Positions 35,077 through 47,583 of a stretch of 64,000 nucleotides of DNA are shown here, piece after piece. The stretch comes from Sphyrna mokarran. Its lineage: Eukaryota. Every line of letters begins with the position of its first letter. Within the stretch, counting starts at the first letter, position 1. The notes under the pieces were generated by a model, which worked only from the letters and a program-made list of their open reading frames with translations, was not told the origin of the DNA and made no database searches. The position numbers were made by a program, and so were the translations under genes. The stretch lies in the NCBI GenBank assembly GCA_024679065.1, contig JAGIQG010000020.1:21948001-22012000 (forward strand), in the 5' to 3' direction.

Positions 35077-36092
35077 GGGGCGGCATCTTGCCACATATTT
35101 TCAAAATGTCAGTTCCGGTGAGAAAACCGGTGCAAATCCTGCCAGCATTGGTGATAGGAAATTTCACCAATTGCTGATCTTCTTCAGAACATCTTTTATA
35201 CCCATGTGAACCATGGCGTGCTTGTGGTGGCTCACCGCTGCCCCAGGAATATTTCATCTCTGCAATTAGTGGGGTGCTCCGTATAAATGCCTTCCTAGCA
35301 CTTATTCCAGATCCTGTTGGACCGGGGGTGGGGCGGTTGGTGGTGGGTGCTGGCTGCCAGGAGGTCAGTGTCAAGATTCTCTGACCAAACTCCTGGATGG
35401 TGTTGGAGCAGAGGTGGGATGTCCTATATCCATGTGCGGGCAGCCATCCTTCCACCAATGTCACCAACCCCTCCTGAGAAGCACAGGCCGCCATAGTGAG
35501 CTACAGAAAAGGATGGGGCAACAGTGCAGCAAGGAGATGAATGACCTTCTTCACGCAACCAGAGTAAGTCTGTCTACTCCAGTCTGTCACTGCATCCCTT
35601 TACACACCCTCCGTATTTCCATGGTGATCTCTCACCCAACCACTCCACAGATTCCCAACACACATCAAATGGCCCCCACCCCCATCCTTACACACTTCCC
35701 ATGATGTTGTTCACATCCCCACTCCCACCTAAGCCTGACTTCATCACCATCTGAACTGACAGGACTCCCACATATACTGTCCCCATCTGTCTTTTAGTAG
35801 AGTGAGTTTGAGCATGTCTGTCATGAGGAGGCACAGCCAGCTGGAGTGAACAACTCCTGGAGGGGGCGGGGGATGGAAGGAGACCATAATGGGCCCAGAG
35901 ACTTCAGTCTCGGGCCTGCTAATGGGATGCAAATCTCGATTTAAATATTGAAATCAGCTCTGCGCCATTGATGACGCTAAAAATCTTTGCGCTAAAATCA
36001 CGGGGACCATGATACCCAGCAGGAAGCCTGTGAAACGGCCCCCGCTGATATCTCCTTGTGTGTTGTGCTGCTCTAGCTGGGAAAATTGCCCT
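35077..36092 (+). mobile_element. PIF/Harbinger element remnant with a Myb/SANT-like ORF fragment
   Basis: 35380-35570 translates LLDG..EQRWDVLYP...S*EAQAAIVS...QKRMGQQCSKEMNDLLHATR followed by a gtaagt donor; degenerate ggg(c)...gccc termini. Confidence 0.65.
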
Positions 36093-36463
36093 GCCAGTAT
36101 TTTCAAAAACCAAGGGGTGTTATTTGTAACAGTAGCACCATCACCGTGCGTGCCTCCGAGACGCTAATGATCCACGCAATGGGGTAAATCTCGGACAGCA
36201 ATTTTGAGCATTTTATGTTCAGGAAATGAGTGCGTCTCATGGGTCTGGCACTCATGGCACTGGCTGCAGCCTGAGCCAAGATGATCTATCTCCTCGTTGA
36301 GAGAGAAAATTGGAGAGTGAATTAAAGCTGGCTGTTGTCAGGTAGCTCCGAGCGTCTGGCTGAAAGACAACGTGAGCGAGGATCAGATCACAGGTCAGCT
36401 GCTCTGCCCCTCTCAGCTATGGAAAGAGTGCATTTGTGTGGGACAAACCGAAAGTAGAACACC

Positions 36464-36785
36464 GAGGAACTTGATGTAATTGTCAAGGCAGATGGTTAAC
36501 TCTGTGGTAGTCGCAAGGAGAAAGTATGGTAGTTTCAGGGCATGTGCTGACCTGAGAGAATTGAATAAAGCTGTTTTTTGCGGATTGGAAAAATGGCTGA
36601 CATCACATGAAAATGGCTGGTGCCAACTTCTCCAATTCACTTGATACAATCTGTGTTTGTTGGCAGATTCTGCAGACTGATGTGTTATCTTACTTAATCA
36701 CATTTAACACTTTGGCAGGTATCATTTGAAACTTCCTTTTGGAACAGACAGTCGGCAGGAAATATTTAATAAGTTTGTGGAATAA
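36464..36785 (+). mobile_element. Decayed Ty3/Gypsy reverse transcriptase fragment
   Basis: With frameshifts: EELDVIVKA / VNSVVVARRKYGSFRACADLRELNKAV / MAGANFSNSLD..CWQIL / LITFNT / FGRYHLKLPFG..QEIFNK, collinear with Gypsy RT domains. Confidence 0.75.
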
Positions 36786-37262
36786 CAGTTTTTTTTTACA
36801 TAGAATTTCAGAACCTTTGTAATGTAGATCCATGCCAGAGCTTATGCTCTGTATGAACTTCATCCCGCCTGCTCTACCGAATGCTTTGGCATACCTGTCT
36901 GTTTGACAGTATAGAATACTGTACATTGATTAGTATTCAGGAAGGATATAATTGAAGGTGGAGTAAGTTTGTTACATTTTGGTTTGTTTAACACTAAATT
37001 TCTATGCCTGATTTGTGAGGAAACAGAGTGCAATCAAGGAGTTTGTTTAGAGAACTTTTGTCACTTTAGTTACTAGGTTACTGGGTTTGATCACATGCTT
37101 CCACACAATTTCCTTGACTGCAGCTGAAGAACATGTCCTCTATCAGACCTTGGTTCAGGCAAAATCAACAGACAAGTTTATTTAACAGTGGACAGTGAAT
37201 GGACATTAGACAAAATTAAGTATGTTTACAGTATTTACAGACTTAATTGCTTTTTTAGAAAT

Positions 37263-37589
37263 GGATGGCATGGTGGCACAATGGTTAGCACTGCTGCCTC
37301 AAAGTGCTAGGGATCCGGTTTCAGTTCCAGCCTTGGGTCGCTGTCTGTATGGAGTTTGCACATTCTCTAATGTCTATGTGAGTTTCCTCTGGTGCTCTGG
37401 TTTCCTCCCATAGTCCAAAATATGCAAGTTAGGCTGATTGGCCATGCTACATTGCCCCATTGTGTCAGGGAGATTAGCAGGTTAAATATATGATATTGCT
37501 AGGATGGGCCTGGGTGGGATTGTGGTCAGTACAGATTCAATGGGCTAAATGGCCTCCTTCTGCACTGTAAGGATTCTGTGATTCTATGA
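37263..37589 (+). mobile_element. HE1-type V-SINE (type A), full length
   Basis: Head ggcatggtggcacaatggttagcactgctgcc, V-domain and tail ggcctccttctgcactgtaaggattctgtgattctatga. Confidence 0.9.
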
Positions 37590-38184
37590 AATGTTAAAAA
37601 AAAACCCTACTTTTTGCCATAATGTTGAACACAAAACTAATCTCCAAAACATAATTACTGCTTTGGCGGTAAAATGCCTCTACATGTTGTAACATGCTTT
37701 TAAGGGTTGGAGCATGACACCACTTAAAAGGGAAGTGTGTCATGTGATTGGGATTTAGTTTTACTTTTGCTTTTCAGTGTAGTACACACACATAGTTCTG
37801 CAGTTTTGACATCTTCAAGCTTATGCCTTTGTGCAAATGTTCCTATCCGCCCAGTTTCAATAAATGAACCTATAACATGCTTACCACTACCTTCTGAGCA
37901 TTTTTTTTATATAGTATTATGGAAACATAACATAGTGGCAGCGGTGGGATACAAACTCATCTTTGATTAGCCTTTTGCTCCTTATTACTCAAACTGTCAG
38001 TAATTTGGCAAAAATTCTGTCAAGATATTTTATGAATCACCCAGAACAAGAAACATTATAACTATACTTCTCCACATTAAATATAAATTAATCACAATTA
38101 ATGGCTCAGAGTTTGCAATTATAATGATGGGGAAACTTTCATTGCTTGGCACCATTAGTGGATAAAACGGACTGCAACTATATT

Positions 38185-38360
38185 ACTGTTCATCACTGTC
38201 ATTGGGCCAAAATGCTGGAACTCTGTCCCTAATTATGGGTGCACCTACGTGGACTGCAATTGTTCAAGAAGGCACTCCCACACCTTCTCAGGGGCAATTA
38301 AGGATGGGCAATAAATGCTGGCCTAGCCAGTGATGCTCAGAGCCTCAAAATGAAAAAGAG
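38185..38360 (+). mobile_element. 3' end of the non-HER1 LINE
   Basis: ggactgcaattgttcaagaaggca...ggggcaattaaggatgggcaataaatgctggcctagccagtgatgc...aaaaa. Confidence 0.75.
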
Positions 38361-39103
38361 CATACATGATTTTTAAAATAATGAAAATAATTATTTTATT
38401 TTCTAACAAACATTTGTGATATTTCATCTGCAGCTTTAATCTTGTGTCCCGCCCAAAATTAAATCCGTTTCTGCACGAGTTAAAAAGTACTTGTTAAATT
38501 TCTTCTTTGCTGTCTGTGAGAATGCTTCAAAATTTTTGGTGAGTGATCCTGTTTACTGCTTGCACTGTTAGTAGATATTAACCAAGTTCAAAACTACATC
38601 AGGACAGAAGTAATTGAGAGTCTGGAGCCCACTAAATCTTTTAAGGCAACTTTTATTAAGGTCAGTGGTAAGTATTGCTGCTAACAACAAAATCAGGGCT
38701 TCATAACTTTTAAAATAGTTATTATATTCAAAATTTAATATGATGTCTGTTCCAAGTATTTTGAATGACCTATGATTGCTGGAAATTAGGAATGTGCCCA
38801 CTGCAGTATGAGGGATATTACTTAATGGGATGATATTAATGGTTGTGTACACAAAATACAGCAACATTTTAAACCTCTTAAAGAGGAGTGTAATAGAGAT
38901 GGCTAATAATGCTTTTAGCACACCAGCCCATTATGTATAGTTTGAAAAATCAGCTCAGAATGGCCAATTTTAACAATGAATTTACTGTAACATATGAAAA
39001 ATAATAAAATGGTATTGCATAAAATTGCTGCATTTTTGTTACATACGTAACTATGCTGGAATAAAGAGTGAAATCAATTTTAATCAACATATAATAAAGC
39101 CAA

Positions 39104-39272
39104 AATAAAAGCAAAATACTGCAGATGCTGGAATCTGAAACAAAGTAGAAAATGCTGGAAAATCTCAGCAGGTCTGACTGCATCTGTGGAGAGAGAATAG
39201 AGCCAATGTTTTGAGACTAGATGACCCTTCATCTGATAAAGGCTCATCCAGACTCAAACGTTCGCTCTATCC
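39104..39272. mobile_element. Penelope-like terminal repeat with a fold-back junction
   Basis: ...atagagccaatgttttgagactagatgacccttcatc is immediately followed by its inverted copy tgataaaggctcatccagactcaaacgttcgctctat. Confidence 0.75.
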
Positions 39273-39887
39273 CCACATATAATGAAGCCAGATCAGTCAA
39301 AATTACAAAGCACAGGAAGTTCAAGCAACTCTAGAGTCTAAATTTCAGACCATCAAATCAATCTGTGCTGTCATAACTGGGAAAATTAATTTTGACTTGC
39401 ATAGAAGTGATGTCCCTTTTCAGCATCCATGGCCAAAATAATTTAGTGGTGTGAACTGGTGACTATGGCATTGCCACACACAAGATAAAGGAAGTCTTCA
39501 ACCTCACATAGATAGGAGACTACCAGTGTTCACCTGAAAGCTCGACACTGGATGTCCCATTGACTCTGTTAATTACGTAAGAATGTTGGGATTATGGAGA
39601 TAGCTATGCCAAGCAGATGGACTTTTAATGAAGAAGGAGAAACGATTAATTACAACCTCAGCGAGGCAGGAGGTACCGAGGCTAATTCAATCAGCATGTC
39701 TTGGATTTGATAAATGCAAACAATAAGGACAGGTAGTGCTGCTGATCAGACTTGGTGTGTGTTACCAAAACGGAAATAATGTCCAAATGGAAAGCCAGTT
39801 GACACCATAGGAACTCTCAGCTGAAATGAATAAGTATTGCTGATGAAGGACACAGAAACCCCAAAGCAGGTTCCAGGAGATTCTCTA

Positions 39888-40185
39888 TTGGGTAGAATCA
39901 CACGGAAATCTGGCAGTGTGTCAGTTTTGGTGAGAAAACTGGTGTGGAATTCTTCAGGTCCACTGGCTAATTTTCTCTCTCAATCCTGTCACTTCAGCTG
40001 CCAAGCAAAGAAATGGACAGGGTTTACACCGTCACCCTGGCAAGGCAGGGGCTCTTAGAGGCAGGAGCTGGCTCAGCTGAGATTGGGATGCCCCAGTCAC
40101 AGAAAATAAAATTAATCACCCTCTCCCTCCCCGTTTCCACTGCAGAGCTATCTGTGGTACCCCTCCCCCACCGATCCTACCGTTA
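39888..40185. mobile_element. Harbinger-type element left part
   Basis: tcagttttggtgagaaaactggtg matches tcagttccggtgagaaaaccggtg at ~35110. Confidence 0.5.
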
Positions 40186-41169
40186 CCATCCACTGATTGT
40201 ACTGAAAGTGGTTGCAGAGATAGTGGACTAATTGGTTGAAATTTTTTGTAATTTGTTAAGTTCCAGGACTGTACTAGAAGATTGGAAAACAGTCAATGTG
40301 ACTCCCTTGTTCAAAAAGAGAGGAAGACAGAAATACAAGAAACCATTGGCCGCTTCGTTCAACATCTATTATTGGCAAGATACTGGAGTCAATAATCAAA
40401 GAGCAAATAGCTAATTATTTAGGAAAGCTAAATATAATCAAACCAAGACAACAAGGGTTTATGAAAGATAAAGTATGATTGACAAATTTGCTTGAATTCT
40501 TTGAGGTTTTAACAGGAAAATAGATAGAGAGGAACCTGTAGATGTTGTGTATTTAGAATTCCAAAAGGCATTTGACAAGATGCTTCATAAGAGGCTGGTG
40601 CATAAAGCAAAAGTCCATTGAATTGAAAAGTAACTGTCACATAGAAAACAGAGTTGGTATAAATGAGTCATTTTCAGAGCAGAAAGCTATAACTAGCAAA
40701 GTAGCATGAGAGTAAGTTCTTAGCCTGCAACTATTCACTACTTTCATTAATGAACTGAAGGAAGGAACAGAATGTAAGGGTTCCAAATTTGCTGATGATA
40801 TGAAGGGCAGTTGGAAGGACAGATTGTGATGAGGATGTTGTGATTCTACAATGGGATACAGATAGATTGGGTGACTGGGCAAAAACCTGGAAAATGGAGT
40901 TTAATGTGGGGAAGTGTGAGGTCATGCACTTCAGTAGAAGGAATCAAATGGCAGATTATTATTGAAATGAAGAGAGACTGCACGTGAGTGAAGTACAGAG
41001 GGATCTGGGTGTTCTAATGCATGGATCACTGAAAGCTAACAGGCAAGTCCACTAGATAATTAAGAAGGCAAACAGCATTTTGACCTTTATTGCAAAAGGA
41101 TTGGAATTTAAAAATAGAAAGGTTTAGTTGCAATTGTACAGGTCGTTAGTGAGGCTTCACCTGGAATAT

Positions 41170-41337
41170 GGATGGGCACAGTAAGTAGTCTCACAACACC
41201 AGGCTAAAGTCCAACAGGCTCTCAAAGTGCTGTTCCGCTTCAGGTAATTCACTCACCTGATGAAGGAGCAGCACTCTGAAAGCTCGTGATACCAAATAAA
41301 CCTGTTGGATTTTAATCTGGTGCTGTGAAACTTCTTA
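41170..41337. mobile_element. Palindromic Penelope-derived mini-element inserted in the CR1
   Basis: 40-bp inverted arms at 41179-41218 and 41301-41340; TSD ctggaatat at 41161-41169 and 41338-41346. Confidence 0.85.
41253..41289 (+). ncRNA. Minimal type I hammerhead ribozyme motif (Penelope type)
   Basis: TCAC-CTGATGA-A-GGAG-cagca-CTCT-GAAA-GC-TC-GTGA: stem I TCAC/GTGA, stem II GGAG/CTCT, conserved core, and palindromic AGCT in place of stem III. Confidence 0.7.
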
Positions 41338-42476
41338 CTGGAATATTATGTACAGTTTTAGTCCCTTTAGCTAAAAAAGGATGTAGTAACATTGGAGGCA
41401 GTCTAAAGGAGATTCACTGGGCTAATTCCGGGGATGAAAAGGTTATCCAATCAAGAGAGACTAAATATTCTGGATTTGTATTCCTTAGAGTTTAGAAGAG
41501 TGAGGGGTGACCTTATTTAAACAAATAAGATTCTGTGGGGTTGACAGGTTTTCATTAGTGGGCAAGTCTCAGACAAGGAAACAAAGCTAAAAGATAAAAG
41601 GCTTGTGAAATTACAACTGAGGCGTGTAGAAATTTCTTCTTGTAGACGGTATTGAATCTTTGGAATTCTCTGCCCCAAAGGATGGTGGAAGCTGGATCAT
41701 TAGAAGTATTTAAGGTTGAGATGGATAGATATTTGATAGAACGAGAAATAAAGGGCAATGGGGAAATGGGACAGAAAAGAAATTGAAGCTGGCATAGATC
41801 AGCCATCATCATATTGAATTGGGGGGGCAGGCTTGAAGGGCTTGGTACCCAATTCCTGCTTCTATTTCTTGTGTTGCGTTTTGGTGCCTTCAAACCTAAA
41901 TCAACTGTACATGCCTTCTTGCCTTGTGGAAAGAATGAATCATTCTGCCAATTAACCCTCTGAAGAAATACGCCATCAGGCTTTCGATTCTGGATTATGG
42001 ACTCGTGCAAACTATAATGTGTATTTTTGTTGTAGTCTGGCTCTGCATCTCTTTCTTTCCCTTTTCCCTCTTTTATTGTATGAGTGCAAAGGGCAGCGGG
42101 GTGGAGGGAACCTGTTTCCCATGTTTTATGCATGTGCAAAATAAACCAACTCTTAACTTTATCTTGAGTTTGTTGTGTGAGTTATTTACAGAGGATTGGA
42201 TCGCTTCAAAATTAAGGATTGGAGAAAACACACCAACACTTGTAATGAGGGGAAAATCAAAAACACCTTTCTGTTTCTCAATGGGTAGTGACAGGAGAAA
42301 TCGAGGCTGCTTAAACTAATCCCCCTCCTGTGTGTAGCACCTTTCCCAAGCACATTGAGCTTGTTATTTCTTCGAAGAAATCAAAGACTTTGGTTGGACT
42401 GGATTTGTTCCTCCTGAATTGACTGCAGTTTATTCAGTTACTATTGTATGGATTATGCTTCAGTTTGATCCTGGTA

Positions 42477-43270
42477 AGAACAAAGAAAATTATAGCACAG
42501 GAACAGACTCTTTGGTCTTCCAAGCCTGCACTGACCATACTGCCTGACTGAACTAAAACCGTCTATTCTTCCAGGAATCATATCCGTCTATTCCCATTCT
42601 ATTCATGTATTTGTCCAGAAGCCTCTTAAAAGTCACTATTGTACCTGCTTCCTCCACCTCCCCCGATAGCGAGTTATAAACACCCACTATTCTCTGTGTA
42701 AAAAACTTGCCTCGTACATCTCCTTTCAATGTTGCACCTTAAACCTATGCTCCCTAGAATTGACTCTTCTAACGTGGGGAAAAATCTTCTGACTATCTAC
42801 TCTGTCCATGCCTCTCATGATCTTATAGACTTCTATCAAGTCACCCCTCAATCTCCATTGTTCCAGTGAGAACAAATTAAGTTTCTTCAATCTCTCCTCA
42901 TAGCTAATGCCCTCCATACCAGTCAGCATCCTGGTAAATCTTTTCTGTACTTTCACTAAAGCCTACATATCCTTCTGGTAGTGTGGCAACCAGAATTGAA
43001 CGCTATGTTCCAACTACGAGCTAACTGAGGTTCTGTAAAACTGCAACATGACTTGCCAATTTTTAAACTCAATGCCCTGGCCAATGAAGACAAGCATGCC
43101 GTATGTCTTCTTGACTACCTTCTCCATCTGTATTGCCATTTTCAGTGATTTGTGTGCCTGTACACCCAGGTCCCTCTGCCTATCAATCATCTTAAGTGTT
43201 CTGCCGTCTAGTGTATATTTCCCATCTGTTTTAGACCTTCCAAAATGCATTACCTCACATTTGTCTGGAA
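42477..43270 (-). mobile_element. CR1 LINE 3' portion
   Basis: ORF 42726-42956 (KVQKRFTRML...YEERLKKLNLFSLE..RLRGDLIEVYKIMRG) and ORF 43014-43403 (KCEVMHFGRS). Confidence 0.9.
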
Positions 43271-44224
43271 AATCAATGCTACTTGGATTAGAAATAAGAT
43301 TAATGGACCCATAGTTGCCTGTGTCTGTTTCATCCACCATTTTGAATACATTGTTCATATGTCTCCAAGAACAAGACAAGATATAGTCGCTTATACTTGG
43401 CAACTTTGCAAGTTAGGTGAAGAGATTTCTTTATTTGAGCCTTTTATACAGATTACAAAGAGCCTAATTCATAGTTTCATCAAAATTTGATACCACAAAA
43501 TTATAAGCCTTGGTTGGAGGCTTTATAAAATTCAAACAGTTACAAAGAGTTATGGTTCATAATATTTTCTTGTCTTTCTTTTAAATAAACATATTTAATT
43601 GTTTAACAGAGCCTAGTTTGAGCGATGCTAATGACATCAGTGGAGGAGGAAGATACTGGCTTGAAGAGGCCGGTTGTCAGAAAGATAAATGACCATTAAT
43701 GGAGATAAAATTATAAACCAGGAATGATTCAACATCCATTATATATGTTAATATTGTTAATGATACTGGTGGGTGTACAAGAATGAGAAAAATTGTTGAC
43801 AACTGGATGCTTGAGAATGTTCGAGAGGGAGACAGTAAACATTGATCTGGGCAGTCATGTAGATCAGCATAAAGGTCTGAGACTTGGAGAATTACTACCT
43901 GCAGGATTTTAAGTTGAATTACTGCTTTTATTTGTTTCAGGTTTTGTTGGTGTAAATAGAATATAGTATGCTTCATCTGGGAGATATATTTTGGCAGCAT
44001 AGCCTAAAGATTGATATTATTTATGTCACTATAAAATATCTATGATTGCAGGCAATTTTCAGAGTTCCTGGTTTAGTACATTTGTAAAATATATTTTTGT
44101 AAAGCTTCACAATTTGATTTCAGGAAAGCAAACAGTAGGGATACTTGCTCCTCACTCCGATCATATCAAGAAAGCAGCCACTTTGATGACACGCTCTTTG
44201 ACTTTTTGTTTGGAGATGGGGAAG

Positions 44225-44580
44225 GGGGAGGTGATGGTCCAGTGATATTACCAGTAAACTATTAATCCAGACACTCAACTAATGTGCTGGGAACCTGGGT
44301 TCGAATTCTGCCACGGCAGGTGGTGATGGAATTTAAATTCAATTAAAAAAATCTGAATTAAGAAACTACTGATGACCATGAAACAATTGCCAATTGTTGA
44401 AAAAACCCATCTGCTTCACTAATGTCCTTTAGGGAAGGAAATCTGCCACCCTTACCTGCTCTGGCCTACATGTGACAGCAATGTGATTGACTCTCAACTA
44501 CCCTGCCAGGGCAACTAGGGATAGGCACTAAATGCTGGCCAGTCAGTGACACCCATGTCCCACAAATGAATAAAAAAAAG
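44225..44580 (+). mobile_element. tRNA-derived SINE type C, full length
   Basis: Head with B box gggttcgaattc, body cccatctgcttcactaatgtcctttagggaaggaaatctgcc and tail ...aatgaataaaaaaa. Confidence 0.85.
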
Positions 44581-44689
44581 TGTCTTTGCAGAGAAGATGA
44601 GACTGCCTTGTTAAAGGTGCATTTCATTAGAATGACAACCATGCATAATTTCCTGCATTTTTTCTGATAGAGGTCTGCAAAATGATGAG

Positions 44690-44982
44690 AGGCAATAGGA
44701 AGGGTGTATAGTCAAAAGATCGATTACAAGAGGGCACGTGTTTAAGGTGAGAGGTGGTAAGTTTAGCGGAGACATGTGGGGAAAGTTTTTCACAAAGAGG
44801 CTGGTGGCTGCCTGGAATGCATTGCCAATGGAGATGGTAGAAGCAGGCACATTAGCAATGTCCAAGGTTTATCATGATAGACACATGAATGGCAGGCAAA
44901 CAGAGGGATAGAAACCAGATATTGGTGTAGGCTTGGTGGGCTGAAAGGCCTGTTCCTGTGCTGTATTGCTCTTTGTTCTTTC
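44690..44982 (+). mobile_element. CR1 3' end
   Basis: gggcacgtgtttaaggtgagagg...ttttcacaaagaggctggtggctgcctggaatgc...ggcctgttcctgtgctgtattgctctttgttcttt. Confidence 0.85.
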
Positions 44983-45814
44983 TCACTGGAACTGTGCTGG
45001 CCATTTGGTATTCCATCAAAGATGGCCAATGTTGGGAAAGCATATTCTTCCTCTGAGCACTTGGTTCTGTGTTTCCTACTGTCAGTCTGTTGCACCGAAA
45101 ATTTGTTTACTAGATTCAACTGAAACTTTACAGAAAATCTAAACATCTAGAATTACACAACACTAAAAAGTAGCTTTGCTGTCAATCTGGTTTGCCCTGG
45201 TGGTCAATGAAGCAATGTACAACTCACTACTTATATCTGTCATTTTATTTTCTCACCAAATACTGGCCTAACCCATTCTTATAATTATTGCTGTTATCAG
45301 CTTCAATCATCTCGCAGTTTGACTTATTTTACCATTCTCTAAAGTATCCATATGTGATCTATTCACTTCCCATTTCCCTTCCACATTGTATCCAATCATC
45401 CCTTGTCACTCTCCTGGCATAAGGGTTTAACATTAAGATTACTCAATACCTTAGTAAGATACTGTTTTTTTTTGTTTTGTTCTTTGTTCTTTGTACACTT
45501 TCATTAAAAGGGATTCTGATGTAATTAATGGTTGTGCACTCTCTCCTGACACTGCTGTCATCATGTTTTTATTTTCTATTAGCTTCGCTGCTTTTTCTTG
45601 GTTATGTAAGTGTTGTGTCCCCATTTTGTCTGACCTTTTCTGTTCCATCAAGGTTTTGTGAAGAACTGTTATCTTCAATGCAGTAATTACAAACCTCACA
45701 GAGGAATTACTCCTGGACACAGGGTTAGAAGAGAAAGTGAAGAATCTGAGGAAAGATCAGAGGCAGGTCTGCTTACACCAGAACTATGTGGCCCTGCCTG
45801 TCCCCACCACAGAA

Positions 45815-46080
45815 GCAGGATCCCTGTCTCCACAAACAAAAGGAATGTATGCAAACCTTGTGCCTTATGTGAAATATCTAGGAAATGGGAGGCCTATAGT
45901 TCCCCATTGCTTTGTCCACGACAATGTCTCAATTGATCAGAATCAACTTGCCAACCAATCAGCATCTATTTCTCCTATAGTATAAATGTTTTTATCACTT
46001 GAAATTTGGCATTCTTGTATTTATCTTGATGAATGCAAGATGAAAAGTTTCGGTGACACTTCTCTCTTTTTAGCATTTTC
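45815..46080 (+). mobile_element. 3' end of a different Penelope-like family (terminal repeat with CCAAT, TATA and hammerhead-like motif)
   Basis: QDPCLHKQKECMQTLCLM* resembles the PLE end P.LC.QKE.V..L.LF. CCAAT at 45955, TATAAA at 45981, hammerhead-like motif at 46023-46054. Confidence 0.6.
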
Positions 46081-46454
46081 AATTAAAATAAGTCAAGACA
46101 TCTTGCATTAGCTTATTTTTAACCGTATGCTTCCACTGGGGCCAGTACCTAGTGGGTGGCTTCTCAAATCAATTCTACCTCTTCTTTCAGATAGTTATTC
46201 AATGAGAAGAGTTAGTAAGGCTACCAAGTATCTTTGGAGTGTCTCATGGGATGAAGGTGCCTCTTAAGACCTCCATCGCCATCAGTGTTATAGAAACACT
46301 TCAAAAGGAATTTTCTTTTTTTCCATCGTCAGATCTTTAGATGTTCCAAAGTGCAGCACCAAAAGCTTTACATGGCAACAGCTGCTTTAACAGTACTTTT
46401 TGAACAAGAAGCCCAGTCTCAACAGTTACCAAGTCCTTGGCCCAGTGTTAATGT

Positions 46455-46848
46455 GAATCATAGAACTCTACAATGCAGAGGGAGGCCATTCGGCCCATCG
46501 AGTCTGCATTGACAACAATCCCACACAGGCCCAATCCCAGTTACTATGTGTAATCCTGCTAAAACTAAGGGGCAATTCCATCCAGATCTGTCCCTGTAAC
46601 CCTAAGTAGTTACCCCACTAATCCCCCAACCTACACATCTTGAGACACTAAGGGGCAGTCAAGCATGGCCAATCCACTTAACCCGCACATCTTTGGACTC
46701 CAGGAGGAAACCGGAGCATCCGGAGGAAATGTGAACAGATACGGGAAGAAAGTGCAAACTCCACACAGATAGTCACCAGAGGCCAGAATTCAATCTGGGT
46801 CCCTGGTGATGTGAGGCAGCAGTGCTAACAACTTTGCCACTGTGCTGT
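46455..46848 (-). mobile_element. HE1-type V-SINE (type A) with an internal duplication
   Basis: Head, V-domain and tail. The actaaggggca segment occurs twice (~46564 and ~46647). Confidence 0.85.
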
Positions 46849-47256
46849 CCTGTTCCTGTTGCCAGTTTCAGGGCAAAATTGCATCAGATCAGCTTCTCAG
46901 AACAATTATAAAGTTTCCAAATATCACGAGGTGGCCCTGTTACCTCTACCTGTGAACACTTTCAGGCAGTATCCATCTCAGTTAAGTTCCTCTGTGTGGT
47001 TTTTCTCTGCCAAGTTCCTTGCCTCTTGCCTTTCTTCATCTCCCTTGAGTCCCGAAAATCTTTTTTGTTTAGTGTTCCTACGTTTTTAATGAGGTTCCTT
47101 CCAGGTAAAGATCAATTCAGGTAGGTGAAATAGAGTGGGTGCTGGAAATCTGAAATGTAAGCAGAAAATGCTGGTAATATTCAGCTGCTCTGCACAGATG
47201 CTGCTGGATTCACTGGGTATTTGTTTATCCTAAGTCAATAAGTCCTAGTATTTTTC

Positions 47257-47583
47257 TTGTTTTGTTTTAATTCATTTGTGGAACATGGGCGTTGTTGGGT
47301 GGGCAGCATTTATTGCCCATCCTGACTTGCCCCTGGAGGGCAGCTGAGAGTCACATGTAGGCCAGACCAGGTAAGGATGGTAGATTTCCTTCCCTGAAGG
47401 ACATTAATGAATCAGATGGTTTTTGCAACAATTAACAATGGTTTTATGGTCATCAGTAGATTCTTAATTCCAGAATTTTTTTACTGAATTCAAATGCCAC
47501 CATCTGCTGTGGTAGGATTTGAACCCAGGTCCCCAAAGCATTCGCTGAGTTTCTAGGTTAATACCACTAGGCTACCACCTCCT
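47257..47583 (-). mobile_element. tRNA-derived SINE type C
   Basis: Reverse complement of the 44225-44580 organisation. Confidence 0.8.

Larger units (their letters stand above)
40186..41870 (+). mobile_element. CR1 (HER1-like) LINE, ~1.5-kb 3' portion
   Basis: WKTVNVTPLFKK, DVVYLEFQKAFDK, KFADDMK, WAKTWKMEFNVGKCEVMHF and terminal aattcctgcttctatttcttgtgtt; multiple stops. Confidence 0.9.

Noticed and set aside
36607-36718. ATG-initiated short frame ending at a possible donor (MKMAGANFS...TLA|gt), considered as a TMEM132 first exon
   Set aside because: The peptide aligns with Gypsy RT motifs and is not a signal peptide. No TMEM132 exon was found anywhere in the window.
37263-37340. tRNA gene-like A and B boxes (and the equivalent in other SINE heads)
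   Set aside because: These are SINE heads continuous with a V-domain and LINE tail, with no complete cloverleaf.
41555-42139. Longest ORF in the track (194 aa)
   Set aside because: It is largely antisense to a CR1 3' end plus flank, with no protein family resemblance. The same applies to most other ORFs in the track.
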